Part shown: in pieces, positions 30,272 through 32,000 of the stretch
How the letters are laid out: each line of letters opens with the position of its first letter
Position numbering within the stretch: position 1 is the first letter of the stretch
Origin: Patescibacteria group bacterium
Lineage (GTDB): Bacteria; Patescibacteriota; Patescibacteriia; 2-01-FULL-39-33
Assembly (NCBI GenBank): GCA_041662745.1
Contig: JBAZRV010000008.1
Coordinates: forward strand, 1 to 32,000
DNA length: 32,000 nt
Direction: 5' to 3'
Notes under the pieces: model-generated
The model's input: only the letters and a program-made list of their open reading frames with translations
What the model was told of the DNA's origin: nothing
The model's database searches: none
Program-made: the position numbers and the translations under genes

Positions 30272-31093
30272 CTAAAGAGTTAATATGGTTAAGAAAATTC
30301 CTAATAAGATGATAATAATCACCGACCAATTGGCCAAGGAATCAATATTCTTGGCGATTAAATCAAACCAAGTGGAAGTTACTTTGAAATATTGGGTCGG
30401 CGCAGTCTCGCTCCTGGTCCCCTGCTGTTGATTGTAACTAAAAACCAGCACCGAATGATTGCCCTCGCTTAAACGAAAATTGCTTTGCAGTTGTTCTATC
30501 CGCCAGTTGCCGGCTGAATCCGCATCGGCCGTATAAACCGCCGTCTGCTGATCCGACAACAATAAAACAACCGTAGCCAGCGGTTGTCCAACGCCTGAGA
30601 AGACGTAATTGCCTCCCCTGATTTTTTTGACTTGTCGCAATTCCGGCCTCGCCATAGTGTTTACTACGCGAGCCGTCTGGATTCCCGTATCAGCGGCCAC
30701 CAATTCCTGTTGCGTAATGTCGGCCGGCTGTAAATCGCCTACCGAATAAAGTTGCAAGGGACCGAAAACGGTCGGTGTCAAAACAATAATCAATAATTTT
30801 GCCAGCCAAACCAAAGCGATAACGCCAACGCCGGTAACTGTTAGGATGCGGCGTAAATTATAATCAAAATTCACTTGGGCATAAGACCCTTGGTCGGCGA
30901 AATAAGCCGTAACGTCGCGAGACTTCAAGGTCAGATATAACGGAAGAGAGGTCACGGCTAAAAATATCTCCCAGAAAAAAAGTAGGAAAATATTATAAAC
31001 TGCCTCCAACCCAGTTTGCCCTACGATAAGTTGTTTGCGATTATAGATGCGGTTGGTTAAAAGCAATACGAGATTTAACCATTTATTCTTCAT
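30272..31093 (-). CDS. Mini-paralogue of the giant protein: 2 N-terminal TMs, one Ig-like module, C-terminal TM (273 aa)
   Basis: N-terminus KNKWLNLVLLLTNRIYNRKQLIVGQ parallels SKRWLNLFFSYSGYVFGLRQKVVKTGQ. C-terminus YVFSGVGQPLATVVLLLSDQQTAVYTADADSAGNWRIEQ...YFKVTSTWF parallels LSFSGVSLPNRDVIIYIHSDQALIYRTRADSQGNWRIDH...TFTVKRNFW. Confidence 0.8.
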   Translation of the reverse strand: MKNKWLNLVLLLTNRIYNRKQLIVGQTGLEAVYNIFLLFFWEIFLAVTSLPLYLTLKSRDVTAYFADQGSYAQVNFDYNLRRILTVTGVGVIALVWLAKLLIIVLTPTVFGPLQLYSVGDLQPADITQQELVAADTGIQTARVVNTMARPELRQVKKIRGGNYVFSGVGQPLATVVLLLSDQQTAVYTADADSAGNWRIEQLQSNFRLSEGNHSVLVFSYNQQQGTRSETAPTQYFKVTSTWFDLIAKNIDSLANWSVIIIILLGIFLTILTL

Positions 31094-31105
31094 CTATTGT
31101 AGTAT

Positions 31106-31489
31106 TTAAGTGCTTAAAATTTTCTCAACCTTGTCTTTTAAGACGGATAAGTCCGTATCAGCCTTAATAAAATAATCCCTGGCGCCCAAATCCTTGGCTT
31201 TCTTAATATCTTCTTCATCGCCCAAATTAGACAAAACGATTACCGGCGTGGCTCGTAAATTAGTATTGGCCTTAATATTCTTAAGAAACTCAAAACCGTT
31301 CATTTTCGGCAATAACAGATCAAGCAAAACAACATTCGGCTTGGTTCTTTCCGCCATGTGCAGGGCGGTTTCACCGTCAGTGGCGGTAGCGATAGTAAAG
31401 CCGCCTTCATGAAAAACCAGATACAGCGCTCTTAATAGAATTTCATCGTCTTCAACTATCAAAACTATTTTTGTTCCTTCTTTCGCCAT
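31106..31489 (-). CDS. Standalone response regulator receiver (REC) protein
   Basis: VLIVEDDEILLRALYLVF...PNVVLLDLLLPKMNGFEFLKNI...PVIVLSNLGDEEDIKKAKDLGARDYFIKADT. Confidence 0.94.
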   Translation of the reverse strand: MAKEGTKIVLIVEDDEILLRALYLVFHEGGFTIATATDGETALHMAERTKPNVVLLDLLLPKMNGFEFLKNIKANTNLRATPVIVLSNLGDEEDIKKAKDLGARDYFIKADTDLSVLKDKVEKILST

Positions 31490-31492
31490 ATT

Positions 31493-31912
31493 TTAATCTT
31501 TTAACGACTTTTTAATATAATCGATGATTTTTTTCATCTCCGTATTGGCTTTAATGAAATATTCTTCGGCGCCCAAGGCCTTAACCGATTTAACATCGCC
31601 AATCTCGTCAAGATTTGACAGGACGACAACGGGGATATTTTTTACTTTGTCATCGGCCTTCAACTCCTTAAGCACCGTAAAACCGTCAATGCCGGGAATA
31701 ACCAAATCCAACAAAATCAGCTGAGGTAAGAATTTTTTGACCATGGCGACGGCATCATTGCCGTTATCCACCACCATGACCTCAAAGCCTTCGTTTTTTA
31801 AGCTTTCTGCCAACACTTTGGATAACAAAGAATCATCCTCCACAACCAGGACTTTTCGGGGTTGTTTTTTGGATTGACCTTTCTCTCCAAGGCCAAAAAT
31901 GGTTTTTAGCAT
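31493..31912 (-). CDS. Standalone response regulator receiver (REC) protein
   Basis: VLVVEDDSLLSKVLAESL...PQLILLDLVIPGIDGFTVLKEL...PVVVLSNLDEIGDVKSVKALGAEEYFIKANT. Confidence 0.94.
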   Translation of the reverse strand: MLKTIFGLGEKGQSKKQPRKVLVVEDDSLLSKVLAESLKNEGFEVMVVDNGNDAVAMVKKFLPQLILLDLVIPGIDGFTVLKELKADDKVKNIPVVVLSNLDEIGDVKSVKALGAEEYFIKANTEMKKIIDYIKKSLKD

Positions 31913-31948
31913 AATTTGATTAAGTTGCCCCCCAAATTAGTTAAATAT

Positions 31949-31977
31949 AGTATACCACAATATTATACCATAAACAA
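31949..31977 (-). promoter_or_regulatory. Candidate tandem extended -10 promoters for the REC/giant-protein cluster
   Basis: Minus strand TTGTTT-17 nt-TATACT (with preceding TGG) and an overlapping ATGGTATAAT, 37-55 nt upstream of the 31912 start. Confidence 0.5.
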
Positions 31978-32000
31978 AATAAATGCGCATCAAGCGCGCT

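Noticed and set aside
20723-30329. Treating the ORF track's two large proteins as two independent genes
   Set aside because: The junction cuts through a repeat module, the downstream fragment lacks any N-terminal TM or signal sequence, and a single-base change in a T7 run restores perfect module continuity.
30269-30329. TTG start at 30329 for the giant gene
   Set aside because: It would overlap the upstream gene by 58 nt. The ATG at 30269 gives MSKRWLNLFF, which matches the mini-paralogue's N-terminus MKNKWLNLV, and leaves a 2-nt spacer.
1-32000. CRISPR arrays, transposases, phage genes or defence islands
   Set aside because: No short direct repeats with spacers, no recognisable transposase or integrase, and no known defence genes were seen. 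The only large repeats are protein-coding modules.
1-32000. UGA recoding (as in some CPR lineages)
   Set aside because: Proteins read coherently with the standard bacterial code, tryptophan is encoded by TGG, and the giant gene ends at a TGA positioned exactly at the start of the next gene.

Overview
This is a compact, almost entirely minus-strand bacterial window. Its gene content and protein style suggest Candidatus Patescibacteria/CPR, but that placement is inference only. The left part (about 0.1-13.5 kb) is mostly housekeeping: tRNA-Trp(CCA), rpmG, tRNA-Thr(TGT), miaB-like, a membrane protein next to a membrane-anchored single-domain ClpA/B-type AAA+ ATPase, dnaE, an HtrA/DegP-like protein whose catalytic triad appears lost, small membrane proteins, queH, a NUDIX hydrolase and rarA. 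The right part (13.6-31.9 kb) is a tightly packed colinear cluster of about 18.3 kb. A candidate tandem extended -10 promoter lies at about 31.95 kb and a clear intrinsic terminator at about 13.57 kb. The cluster encodes three output-less receiver (REC) proteins, two hybrid-free sensor histidine kinases (one with Cache/HAMP/PAS, one with six PAS domains), a kinase-less double-PAS protein, a 66-aa helical protein, and a giant modular surface protein of about 3181 aa. The giant protein is split in the ORF track by a one-base difference in a 7-nt homopolymer at 25706-25712. It is preceded by a 273-aa mini-paralogue that looks like its N- and C-terminal membrane modules joined without the repeats. 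This sensor plus giant-surface-protein cluster is the best candidate for an undescribed system. The function is not determined by sequence alone.
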